From positions 309,032 through 373,031 of the forward strand of contig NMRA01000447.1 in NCBI GenBank assembly GCA_002633005.1: 64,000 nt of DNA, given 5' to 3'. Origin of the DNA: Phoronis australis (Eukaryota; Animalia; Phoronida). The position numbers and the translations under genes were made by a program. Every line of letters begins with the position of its first letter. Position 1 is the stretch's first letter. This document shows positions 1 to 12,900 of this stretch, piece by piece. The notes beneath the pieces were generated by a model, which saw only the letters and a list, made by a program, of their open reading frames with translations, had not been told where the DNA came from and did not search any database.

Positions 1-759
1 TTGTTTCTCTGTAAACCAAGATTTGAACACCTGCGTCTTCCACACAGCAGTCCGAAGCTTAAACCACTCAGTTACAATGTCTCTGCTGTTATATTGTCTT
101 CAGTGTCTTTAACAAAACATGTGTGTTACATTGTAATTATGCTAATCATTAAACAAATTAAGTGAATTTTACATAGCGAGATTTGCCTGTACCTTTGGCA
201 ACTCATAAATAATAGGGACAATTAATAGTTGCTTTCAGAACTACAGCTATCTTTTTAAAACATAACGACAATTTTGGGGCGGTTTTTCAAAGTTTTCGAA
301 AAAAAATCCTTCGACGCTCAGCCAGCGGGTGCTTCTAAAGACTCAGAAGTTTTCATTTGTTTGTTTCTGATGAAATGGTGTAGGAAGCAGGGACAGGGAG
401 TGACGTTCACCCGAATTCTGTTTGGGCTTTCAGCGCACTTTCTCGACGTAAACGACCAAGAAAAATTCATACTTTTCACCACAGACAAGCGACTAGTGGC
501 CAACATACCTTTAATTTGATTAAACTAACTAGCGCCGAAATTTTGTGACAAAGGGAAGTTTGCAAAATTGATGTCAAGAATTACAAGGCTGTTGGACACG
601 GGAGTGTGGGCTCACATCCAGTTTCCTTGCCCACAACGGTCTATTCCGCCCCCAACAGTAGAAAGCCTGTTCACTTTACTTGTGACTGAGAGTCTTCCTC
701 TCCCTGCCATACTTATATGTGCGCCACTATCAAACTACTTATATTTCTCATCGTCGTAG

Positions 760-900
760 AATGCCCTGCTGGATGGTATGGGTCGAACTGCCAGCATGCG
801 TGTGGGCATTGCAGAAACGGTGCCGCCTGCAATCGATCTACAGGTGTGTGCGTCGGCGCGTGTGAGCCTGGATACATGGTTTTCCCATTGTGTAAGCATG
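760..900 (+). CDS. Exon: EGF-like (laminin/MEGF-type) repeat of the Tie-like RTK
   Basis: [38 protein letters not shown]; acceptor gtag at 756-759, donor gtgagt at 901; phase 1-1. Confidence 0.85.
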
Positions 901-3900
901 GTGAGTGGACATTTGTCTTTGTTTTCTTCTCTTTATTTGTTGATCACATAACATGCATGCACATGTACCTAAAAGAAAAAAAAACGATAAAAACTGACAA
1001 TTTGTCATCACAACAAAAAATGGTTGAGGGTTACCTTGGTTTATAAAAATGATTCAAGATATTTATAACTCAACATTTTTATCCAATACGTGATGAGTCT
1101 GTTGAGGGAAATACGGCCATGTGTAATTAAGTTTTCCGTATTAATCCCCCGCAGTACTCCAACAGTGACCTCTGACATGGAAAGTTCAAAAGGTAGGTCA
1201 ATGTCGACTCGATGTCTTCAGCCGGTTCGATCATCAAAGTTTCCAAATGTAGTTTAAAGTAATGCCGTTGCAGCAGTGTAACTAACACTGGACATGCAAC
1301 CAGGCCCTAAACGTAAAATCTGGAACTAATCTGTTAATTATATGGCACTGATGACTAAATTTTCAATTGATGAATACTATTTCGTCTGCAACTCAGGAAC
1401 CCATTCCTATGAAACTATAATATCAAATGTTGTTTAATTTTAACCATATCCAGGATATGTTACAATTCCACTGCACAGTTGCCGTTTTTTATCTTTGTTA
1501 CATTATTTCAAGAAATAAATCGCTATTTTTAAAACTCTTTCTTTTACAAGAGAAAACTTACAACCTAAGGCGCAAGTACATACATACAGGATGTGATCCG
1601 CCATGTGAACTGTCTGGGTCAAGTATTAGCAGACCTTCTTTTATACATGTTTGGTTGAAAAGTAAGCTGTTCTTGGCTGTAATTAGTTTGTAGAACAAAC
1701 TTTCGTATTGTCTACACTAATGTATATCATCGGATGGCAGTTGATATTATAGGTCGCCCAGTGTAAGTGGCATCAAGAACACAAATATATTAGTGAATAT
1801 ATATTATTCATAATAAAACAGTAGCGGTACTTCGACAATACTTCAGTCATCAAAGGCAAAAAAATTAAAAATCATAAACGCTATCGCGTAAGATACATGA
1901 AACAAGAACAATGACATTAAACACGAATATAAGGTTGCATTCATAAGAGCGCAATTACAGAAGGAATTCTCATGGAAACTAATACACTATGAAACGTTGG
2001 AAAACTTAATGAAATACATAGAGGTTACAACTTATGGACATTATTTAAATAACGACAAGGTACGATGGAACCCAATATCTTGGGAATTTATGTCAGGAGT
2101 TTCATTTTTTATTATGAAAGCTTCGAGTATTTTCAAACGAAGGGCGTCACGTTCGAAATACCTGACGATGGTATTCTCAACGATATCTGAACGAGAAATT
2201 CTGTGGAATGTTTGGAAGTGATCTTTAATTGATCCATTTTGTAAATGCATAGATAACCGGCGAGACAAAGTGCAAGTTGTATAACCTACAAATCTTAAGC
2301 AATCAGTGTTTGAACGAATACATTCGTTGTGGGTGCAATTGAACTAGTAAATCAAGTCAACTTTAGCTAACACTCGGACAGACTTTGAGCACATATTGTT
2401 TTTATCAACAACATTTTTAGTTTTGTGGTTTTGGTAATATATGATTAAATTAAGCTATCTTCTGGCTTAATGGTCTGAACATTATTGTGGAGGATTCGTT
2501 TTAAAATCCGTTCATCTTCAATATAACATATATGGAATTGATTGGGGTAGAATAGTTCATTGCTACAACCACTTTTTTATTCTGTTTCTGTGTCTGCTTC
2601 TCTGGTGACGTCAGAGGGTAGGCACCGGGTTAGTCTCTGGCCCACCTCCTTCCAGTGTCGCATGCAATGTAAATTTGGAGATGCAATCAAGGTCATGCTG
2701 GTTACATACTCTTCGATCAATTCCCCTGATACGAGTTTTTGGTGCATTTCCGTATTGCCATCCTCGCTCTATGATGTGCTTTGTTGCCCATCTCTCCTGC
2801 TGTTGAACAATCTCGGCATCTGAAAGCGATTCACGCACTCTGGAGATTACATCTTCTGGTGTGAGGAGCAGGTCGGCAGTCGGTTTTGCGATGCTTGCAA
2901 GCTCATCCGCCTTGACGTTGAATGAGATGCCACAGTGTCCTGGTTGTTTTAAACACAGAAGCTTATGCAAGAGGCTTATGAAAAGCTTCACATTCTCATC
3001 AACAAACGTATTACTGTAACCGCTATTTATCATAATTTGCTTAATGCGATTACATTAGGATTTGAAGGTTTTCCAATCTGAGCAAACGTAATATGCTCTT
3101 TTCAAAATGCTTGTCAAAACAGGGAGTTTATATCTCAGAGGACATTGGCTAGTTTCATGTAAACAAACACCACTATATGTAGGTTTCCTGTGTACTGAGG
3201 TCTAATGCCAGATTCATCATAATCAACAAGTACGTTTAAGAACTGTAGCTTCTTTTTAACTGGAAATTCATGCGCGAATTTTTATACAGAATTTTGCTCT
3301 AAGGCGAGTTTTATCTCCATCAGCTTATCATTGTTGACAATCATAAAGGTATCATCACCATGCCTGCAGTACATGTTCGTCTGTTCTTGAAGACTATCAA
3401 AAACCTTTGTTTCAGTGTTGCACATTTAAAAATCAGCAAAAGTTGGTCCCATGTGATCCCATGGGTACACCATTGGTTTGTAAATACAGTGTTCATCGAT
3501 GTTCCTAAAAGGTTCTTTTGTAGTGCAAAGTAACGACAAATTTCGAATTACCTCTTTAGGAATACTGGAATGAGGCATTGATGCATGGCTATACATAGAA
3601 GATATTATTATGTCTTCAGTCCCAACAACAGGGACATTAGTAAATAAACTTTCAACGTCAAGAGATTCAGGTTAGGATTTAGGTGTTGCGTCAATAGATC
3701 TTAATAAATCTAAAAATTCCTCACGAGATTTCACATTGTACTTATACGGTAAGTATTGTTTACTAAGTTCATCTAATGTTTTAGCAATTCCATAGGTACA
3801 TGTAGGGGTTTACACTCGAGAAATGATGGGTCTTAATGAGTGTGTGTTTTAGGGTTACCGTACAAGTATCCTACGGAAAAATCACCCCCAACAATTTCAA

Positions 3901-6900
3901 AATACTGTTTGTGAACATTAATTGTTTAATAAAACTTTTTAGTTCTTTCTTAAGATTATTTACGGGGTTACGATTTATACACTCAAACCCTGACTTGTCA
4001 TCGATGATATTATTCAGCTTCACTTGGTACGCAATCTTATTCTTTATGACATAAGCAGTGGTCTTATCAGACTTTCTAATATCAATGTCATTATTGTTCC
4101 TCAGTTGCTTTGCGGCAATACTAAGTTCTTTTGTTAATATTCTTGTGGAATTTCTTGAATTGGATCTGTTCCTAGTTCCTACTGCTTTGAGCTGGTCTTT
4201 AATATTCGTATTAACATTGACAAAGCCATCTCTCTCAAGGTTTTTAACATCTTAAAAAGTTTTTCAAGTTCAACACGTTTTTTGTTCCATTCAAATCGAG
4301 GTTTTAGAGGTACATTCATTCCCAATGACAAAAAATTATGATCATCTTCTGTAAGTTGATGATCAGACAAATTCATGTTTTTTTCCGCTTTTGCGGTGTA
4401 GCTATAGCACCTTTATATAAATTTTAAAGTTTTTTCATGATCGTGTTTGTAGACTTCATCTGCTTTTTAGTTTGCAACGTATCCACTCCTATGTTGATAA
4501 TAACTCTTTTGTTGGCTCCGGTGAGACCATTCATTCTTGAATGGTATTTGGGTAAAAAACACGATAGCGTTTGTGATTTTTAAATTAATTTGCATTGGAT
4601 GACTGAAGACTAGTACACATATTGTTTTATTATGCGCCCACATATTTATATGTGGACGCATTATGCCGTCATCTCCGTCCGTCGGTCCGTCCGGCGTCCG
4701 TCCTTCCGGCGTCCGGCGTCCGTCGTCCGCTGCTCTTTGTCCAAAATGCCTCGACGCATGTTCATGAAATTTTGCACATGTGTTTCTTCCGTGATTCGGA
4801 CGGCATGAACGATCTCTAGGACGGATCTGACTACCGGTGTGTCCCCTAGGGCCAACTTAGTATTTTTACGTTTACCTCTTTATCTTCAAAAGTCCTGAAC
4901 CGATTTTCATGAAATGTGGTACATAGGCACCTTTTAAAGAGATGAAGCTATCCTCTTGTTTTCAGATGGCTTTGACGTAGTTTACGCCACCTAGTGGCCA
5001 TTTTTACTGTTTTTTTTGCGTCCACCCCTCTATCAACCAAACTGCTCAAAGCATGATCGTGAAAATTGGCATGTATGTTGTTACTATGAAGAGGACGGCT
5101 GACGATAATTTTCCGACAACTTCGACTATTGTGGCGCCTCCTATTGGCAGATTTTTTTGCGCCTATGGTTGTTTCCCCTAAACCGTTCGCAGGATGTTTG
5201 CTAAGCTTAATAAGTGTATTTGTATGATGTTAACAACGAAGGACGACGACTTTTAGACGTATCTGACTACTGGTGTATCACCTAGTGGCAATTTGATTTT
5301 TTTACGTTTTACCTCTGTTTGTTCAAACGTCCTCAACGGATTTTCATAAAATTTGGCATACAGGCATCTATTAATGAGGTGATGCTATCTCTTCGTTTCA
5401 ATATGGATTCGACCTTGTTTGCACCACCTAGTGGCCATTTTTACTGTTTTCGGGTCTGTTTTTGGCGTCCACTCTTCTATCAACCAAACTGCTTTCAGGA
5501 TAACCGTGAAAATTTACATGTATGTTTTTAGTGTGATGTGGACGGCTGACGACGAAGTTCCGACGGGTTCGACTACGGTGGCTCCTCCTAGAGGCAGTTA
5601 TGTTTTGTTTTTTTCTGCGCTCATGGCTGTATCTATTAAACTGTTTGCAGGATCTTTTCTTAATTTAGCAAGTGTATTCATATGATGTTGACAATGGACG
5701 ACGACGACTTTCGGACGGATCTGACTAATAGTGTGCCCCTAGTGGCAAGTTTAGTTTTTTACGTTTACCAGTCTGTATCTTCAAAGGTCCTCAACGGATT
5801 TTCCTGAAATTTGAATATATGCATCTATTGGTAAGATGACACTATCATTCCGTTTTTGGATGGAATCGAGGTATTTTGCACCACCTGGTGGCCATCTTTA
5901 CTATTTTCAAATTTTGTTTTTGCGCTCACCTCTCGATCAACCAAATCATTCTAGGGATGGTTTTGAAAATTGGCGAATATGTTTTCAGTGTGAAGAGGAC
6001 GTTTGATGATGACGAATGACTACTGTGGCGCCTCCTAGTGGTAGTTTTGATTTGTTTTGCGCTAATAGCTGTATCTCCAAAACCCACTGCATGATCTTTC
6101 TTAAATTTTGTAAGTGAATTTATATGAAGATAATAGACGACGACATTCAGTAAGATGAAACGGACACTGTGCCCACAAGTGGCCTTTGTTTTTCTGAAGT
6201 TCCTTGACAGATTTTTATGAAATATGTCATGTTCCTGATTTTGGATGGATTCTACGATTCTGTGCTATCTAGTGGCCATTTTTATGATACAAATTAATAA
6301 CCCTAAAATCACACCACCTGCGATGCTTTTGTGGACGCATTTCAACGCTCCGCGTTGTTCTTGGTATGGAATGTTTTGTACAGTGTTTTATTATAAATTT
6401 ACTGATATATTTGCATTCCTGATGCCACTTACCCTCGGTGATCTGGTATCTCAACTGCAATCTAAAGAAAGACATTGATGTAGACATACGTATATATCCT
6501 ATACTACTTCAACATTGATCTCTGACATGGAAAGTTCAAAAGCTAGGTCAATTTCGACTCGACGTCGTTAGCCGGTTCGATCACAAAGATTTCAGAAAAT
6601 AGTTTGAAGATATACATGTACAAATATAACTATGTAAATAACATTCAACTTACAATCACATTTCAATAGTAACTCATGGAACATGACTATTAATTTTATG
6701 GCAGTAATCGGTCTTGGTTTTCATTTGCTAAGTATTTTATCGTCTGCCACTCAGTATCAAATATTACTGTTCAATGGAAATTTAGCCTTTGTTGTCTCTT
6801 CTCAAGTAATAAATCGTCACTTATCTATGCTATAAGAAATTGAAAATGCAAACATTGCGTTGGCGTTCAAAAGCAATGATTCATGAATATGTGATGTTTC

Positions 6901-9900
6901 ATAGCTGGCCAGATTTAAAACACGTTTGGTGGGTACCCAAAGCTGTACAAACATCCTTCGTCCAGTAGTAACATTTCTGTATATTTAGCAATCGCGCTCA
7001 TTGAGCTTAAGCAATCTCTTACTAACTTGCTTTAAAACTGTTATAAACAAGCCTTCCATCACGAACCAAGTTTGATTTAGCTTGCTCGCCGTTACGAAAT
7101 TGGTCTTTAATTGGTTCTTTGTCATAGCTCGTGTCATTTCGGGGCTTGGAATAACAGTTCGCCATAACTTGAGACTAAAGGCCGGGTCTTGTCTTTCTAC
7201 TCGAAATCCAACTTGAGGCAATTTATGGCACTTTCTGGTATGCTTTTGTTGCAAACTTGAATGTAAGTGTCTAAAGCATATGGTTTATGCAAATGAGTTT
7301 TTTAAGCTAGATTTTATTCAAAATGACAGGTCCCTGCGCCACTCCTGGAACTGAAGTGTGTTAAAGTGGGCAGCCTCAGTTTGCTATGGAAATCGACATT
7401 GTACAGTAAGCCTTGAAATTGCCAGGTCACTTACGTGCGTTGTTGGTGGTGCCTATAGAAGCGGCAACTAAATGACCGTCTAATAAAGTTTATAGTTTTT
7501 GAGGAAATTGCACCCAGTTACACAAAAACTTTCATGAGTAAAGAAAACCATTTCAAATATTATATTACGGGTGTCGTTGTGCCTGTTGAATTTGCCGTCA
7601 TGCTAAAAGTTCATGTAGTTGTACTGTGTACATGGATGCAAAGTGGATATAAATGCAACCACAGTTACTATGCTGTGAATTTCCCCTTATTTCATTGAAA
7701 TGTTACAGCTATGTGCGTACATGTTCCACGTTAGTGACAAATACAAATCTTGTTGCACGAAAACATTTTTAGTATATCATAATGTTAACTTACTGCATAT
7801 CTTGGATCAAAAACGATTGTGCCAAATGCTAGCTTTTATTCTCGACTGCTCCACTATGGACAGGCCGCTATTCTCTACTAGCACTACAAAATCCCATGAC
7901 CAAGATCGCATGGCGAGATCCGACGTCTCTGCACGGCACATTTTCAACTCGTGAAGTTGCCAATTGAAGTGTCCTTTCACGTATGTATTTTTGCCCCGAT
8001 TGCGCCGGTTGTCTGAATCGGACACTTGGAATCGGGTCTGCGCTTTCCGCACACACATTTCAGCTAAAACCCCAAACATTGTCAAAACTTGTTTCAGTAT
8101 TGGAATGCCAATTACCGGGGTCGATTAATAAACTGAATATTTCCTCGCGGTATTGCAGTTTAATTTTTGCAGCTGCCAAAGGGCAGCCCTAAATCCGCCC
8201 ATATGGTGAATATGTCGACGCATGTGAGCCCGTTTACATAACAATCCTATCATATAAACATGTTACTGGTGTATTACTTTGATATTGCATTTGTTGTTCA
8301 CATAGATGTAATACGCCTGTAGAATATATAGAATAAAAAGTGACAAGCACAATCAGTGAAGATAATTAAAATATACTAAATAAACCAGGCAAAGTGTGTT
8401 GTAGCTAAGAATTTTTTTCCTTTGAAAAAAGAATACAAAGTACGTAGTTCCTTTGTTACATTTTGACAAGCTAACTACTCCAGATCTCAGTTCAGCACAT
8501 CTACATGTAAAGATGCCAAAATGAAAAAAAATATTAAGAAAGAAATTCTGAGAATCATTCGATAATTCACGTTTCCAGTAATAGCCCCCTCTATCAGTAC
8601 ATCCAATTTTTATAGAAATTGCCAGACTTAAAGATCGACCAGCAGTCATGACAAGAACAAGAACAACTGTATCCGTTCGTTGGACAGCCTGGCAGAGTGG
8701 AACAGATCATGGCGTGGGACCGGTTAAAAAATACATTATAGAGTACGAACAAGATGGTGGTGGGGTTTGGACATCCACAGAAGTTGATAATGTGGCAAAT
8801 CAAGCTACGTTCACTTACAATATCTCCAACACTGACATGAGCCATTTCTACCTAGTGAGAATAAGGATAATGCTTGCAGGAGGTCTGCTTGGGAACGCCA
8901 GTCCGGAAGTGGAAGCGTGTGGAGGTACAATAATCCTCTCTGTTGTTAGAAATAGGGTAATTTTAGTAACATATTATAGTATTATTATAACTATCAAAAT
9001 ACTCTAAGTACGTGAAGTAACTAATTGTAATTAAGCCAGAATCTGCTTCCTAATGCTGGGTACTGGTGCATATAGCGTACTCAATACCTACGTTAACCAT
9101 TACTATGTTTTGAATTTCAGAGCCACAAGCACCCGAACCAAGTCTATCAAACACAGTTATTAACACAGTCAACATAAACTGGCCAGTAAGGTTTAACAGT
9201 TTCCAAAAATTAAATACAACGTTATACATACAATACTTCGCGAGATAATGCCACGAACTCATTACAATTAAAGCACGTGTTCATCTGAGTTCACAGGCTT
9301 GACGAGAAGCTTGCATCTGAGGAACTCATCCCTTTATGAAATTGAGTGGGAATTGTCTATTCTAGAAATGGCATATGTTTGGTAGTAGGTAAAATCATGA
9401 ATACATGAGTCAGCTGCTAGCTACAGCAACATACTACATGTATATTAGGAGAAAAGATATTAATTCCACGATTGGCGCTGGTTGATTCAAAGGTTTTCCT
9501 TTATTATCTGATCACCTAAAATCTGGTAATTCCATTTGATTTGATAATTCCATGAGTTTACTAGTTATCTATTTCTGCATGCGTGCATCCAGCCTTCAAT
9601 ATGGGGGTGGCTCGAATCCTTGACGTTGTGGACCTTTTGATACCAAAAGAGCCGGCTCACTAAAAAACAAAAAACGGGAATAGCACTGTGAATTGCGCTT
9701 TTGCGCTTATTTGGTGAGCTTTAGTCCCAATTTCTTGGACTTTTTGTCTCTCGGGAGGACCTTTTTGCCCACTCCGACAAATGCGGGGCTACTTCGACCC
9801 CCCTTAACCCCCCTGGGTGCGCGCATGTTCTGCGTATATTAACCTCAAAAAATGTTTTTAGTTCCATTGTTCAACATGAGTAGTCTGGTGTGTATTGTAA

Positions 9901-12900
9901 GAGTTAGATTGGGTGTAGGAAGACTGATTAATTGTCGAGTTGTTTCAGTGTTTACAAATTAGCCTATGTTTTATTGACTTGTCCCGGTTTAATTGCTCAA
10001 TTGTGCAACATTCAGGAAGCTGACTGGAGATGTGGTACACCGGGGTGGTATGTAGTGGAGTACATCAACGGAACAGACACCACGTGGCAGAGAACCTCCA
10101 GAATTACATCGAGTAATACGTCATTGTACACGGCACTCTGCACCACCTGGCAAATAAGAGTCGGGGTCTTCAATAAGCACATGTCTAGCCTGTCCTGCGA
10201 AAAAAACATCACCAGCAAAAGTAAAGGTAACTATCCAGCGCAGGGCGTTACTGATTTGAGAATCAAACGTGTCCTTGATGAGAACACGTGTATTGCTGAT
10301 GGCATTTTGTTTGTACTAAAATGTTCATTTTGTAAAAAGACACTGCTGTCTCTTAGACGTGTGTTTAAGCTGTCATGAGAACCACTTGCATTATTTAAAA
10401 GACTGAAAACGGAAGTACGATTGATACATTTTTAATGAACCAATTCACATCTTTTTTCGCTGCACTTTATATCTCTTGGCATGGTTGCCAGGCAATGCTG
10501 CATGCACTAATTACTCAATAACCGGCGTTACGCAGTGATTTCACAGTCGCACTTCGGCATTGAAGGGATGACCTCTGGTGGAAGTAGAGTATCCATGATG
10601 TTGATACCATATGATTTTTGGGAAGTATTGCTGGGAGTTTCATACAGTAGGTAGTAGAGAGATTTGAACTCCAACGATTGTTGACTATTAAAAGGCCAAG
10701 TCTTCCCTGGAACTGTGCGAGTTTGATTATTGTCATTTTGCAGTTTCAGTTCTTCATCGCCAATGTTGCTGTACTCTAGCTCAGCAAAGAAAATGATCGT
10801 GGTTCTAACCAAAATGCAGCCATACGCTACATCTTTGTCTACCAAGGCGGGATAAAATTTCAAATTCTCCTTCCACCTTGCATTCCCTTGGTGAGACTAC
10901 ATGGCCAACTCACACTGACGCAGAAATGTCGACTTTCTCCGAAATCCTGTGTCACCCGTGAGCCATTCTTGGGCCATAGCCCACGCTTATGACAGAATTC
11001 ATTATTCGCTTCGAATGAAAAACCATTCTTTTTTAGAAACGAAGAAACACAGTGACAAATAACCCTCAGTGGTTACTCTTGCGGTCCATTCGTAATAGGG
11101 TTTTAGATACTAAAAATTCTCAGCGTCAGGAATACCTTTGACGCTTATCAGTACGTCGAATAACGACTTTCACGATAGATAGTACAAGGAATCCCTCATA
11201 AAAATCCATGGCTCTTTGCTGGTATCCTGCTAGCTTGGATTTGATTAACTGTAGGATGGGCGAAATCTGCCTCATTGGCCGATTTTAGATGTTGGGAGAA
11301 TAGTCGATGATTGCGATAGTGAGTTGTCGTCTCAGCTTGTCGCAGCAGTGGCATTCAGACGCGGCATTGGCTGCCTCAAGGCTGTTTTTCGCACGGATGG
11401 CCCTCTACTCAGTAAAATTTTCAGTGCCCGTTTCCTGTAACCTAATTATTTGTGTCAAAGCGGCGACCTCGGCTTCAAGTTCTATCCTGAGAAAGAAATA
11501 ACTAGTCGAACAATGATTACTTACACAGCATGGTTTAACGAGAATTTGACGAGCGTCTGCTTCATATCTCGCTCTCTATTTCCAAGACGTGAAAATTCTG
11601 CTTACAAGAAAAAGATGGGTAGATTTTATTTCACTCTCCTTTCCTAATTGTCTTTCGGTCAGATCCTAAAACGAGATTGAATATTTATGATTGGTTTGAA
11701 CTTCTGTCAATAATACAGTGTTTTCAGAATCACCATACGAAACAAAATCGTAGCAAATAGGAACAGCACATCTGAAATGTGCCTAATAGACTTACCAAAT
11801 AAATTTCAATAAGTGTGAACAATTTACGTTTAACACATGGGCGGCGCACCATAGGGGGCTGGGGGGGCTATAGCCCTCCAACTTTTTTTAGGGCTAGGTC
11901 GCACATTGTCCATAGGCAGTGCACCACAGAGGTGCTGAGGGGGTTTTGGCCCTCCACTTTTTTCAGTGCTGCGCTGCCCATATAACAATGCAAGAATTCG
12001 TAAACGTCACCTTTAAAACAGTACTTTTATGGAAGTAATAAATTATTGCTTTGTGGCCTTGCGTGCATTTGCAATCAGAAAATCTAAAAATCGAGTGAAA
12101 TGTGATTGTGATATTCAGCATACGCTGAAAAGGCGAAGGAGATTCAGTTCACTAATCGTCAAGAACACTAATGACGAAACCAGTATTATTCTGAGCTACC
12201 AACCGGAGACGATTTGTGCAGACCAGAACCGCATGCTTTACTTTGATTCTTGTGTCCTGACTATACTGAACAATATAGTGGGTGGCAAGGTTTGCAACAA
12301 GCGCTAGATTTGGTAAGAGTGTTTTCATTTTCATCAAGAAGGTTTGAGGTCCTTCTGGTAAGGTAATGTGGGCAGTGTCACAGTGATACAACATGCAACA
12401 GATTCGGAGCCTTCGTGGGTATTTCGGGGATTTACAGTCTTGTGGGTTTATGTAATAGTCCCAGTCCCTGACCTCAAAATTACAAACTCAACAAAAATAT
12501 CTTCGATATGCCATACTCTACTTCAAGACATCTTTAAAATCTCAACTGCAAAATTTAACTACAAATTCCTCAATAATCAGCTTCCTAAGTATTTTACACT
12601 AACAATTTCTTTAGTAAACCCATCCAATATAAACCAACCAGACACATTAAAACTCCTACATACATGTACCTGAATCAATACTCAGCTGCTATTCCGACAA
12701 TACAACCCAAATTTTTAATTCCTCTGTCCAACAAAGTGTCATCAAGAGCCTGTATTAGATTTCAGATTCCTCGACTTATAAACAACTACAAAATACCAGT
12801 CCCTGCTCTAAATATAATAAAAACACATCCTTTGCAAGCATTCTCCAGGTTCTTAACCAATTTTATTATTAGCAACTACGATCCAGAGTGTCATTTTTCC

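Noticed and set aside
1828-1853. Hammerhead ribozyme 3' of the Penelope element (minus strand TTGATGA..GAAG)
   Set aside because: The position is plausible, but both core boxes deviate from CTGANGA/GAAA and stem II does not pair convincingly.
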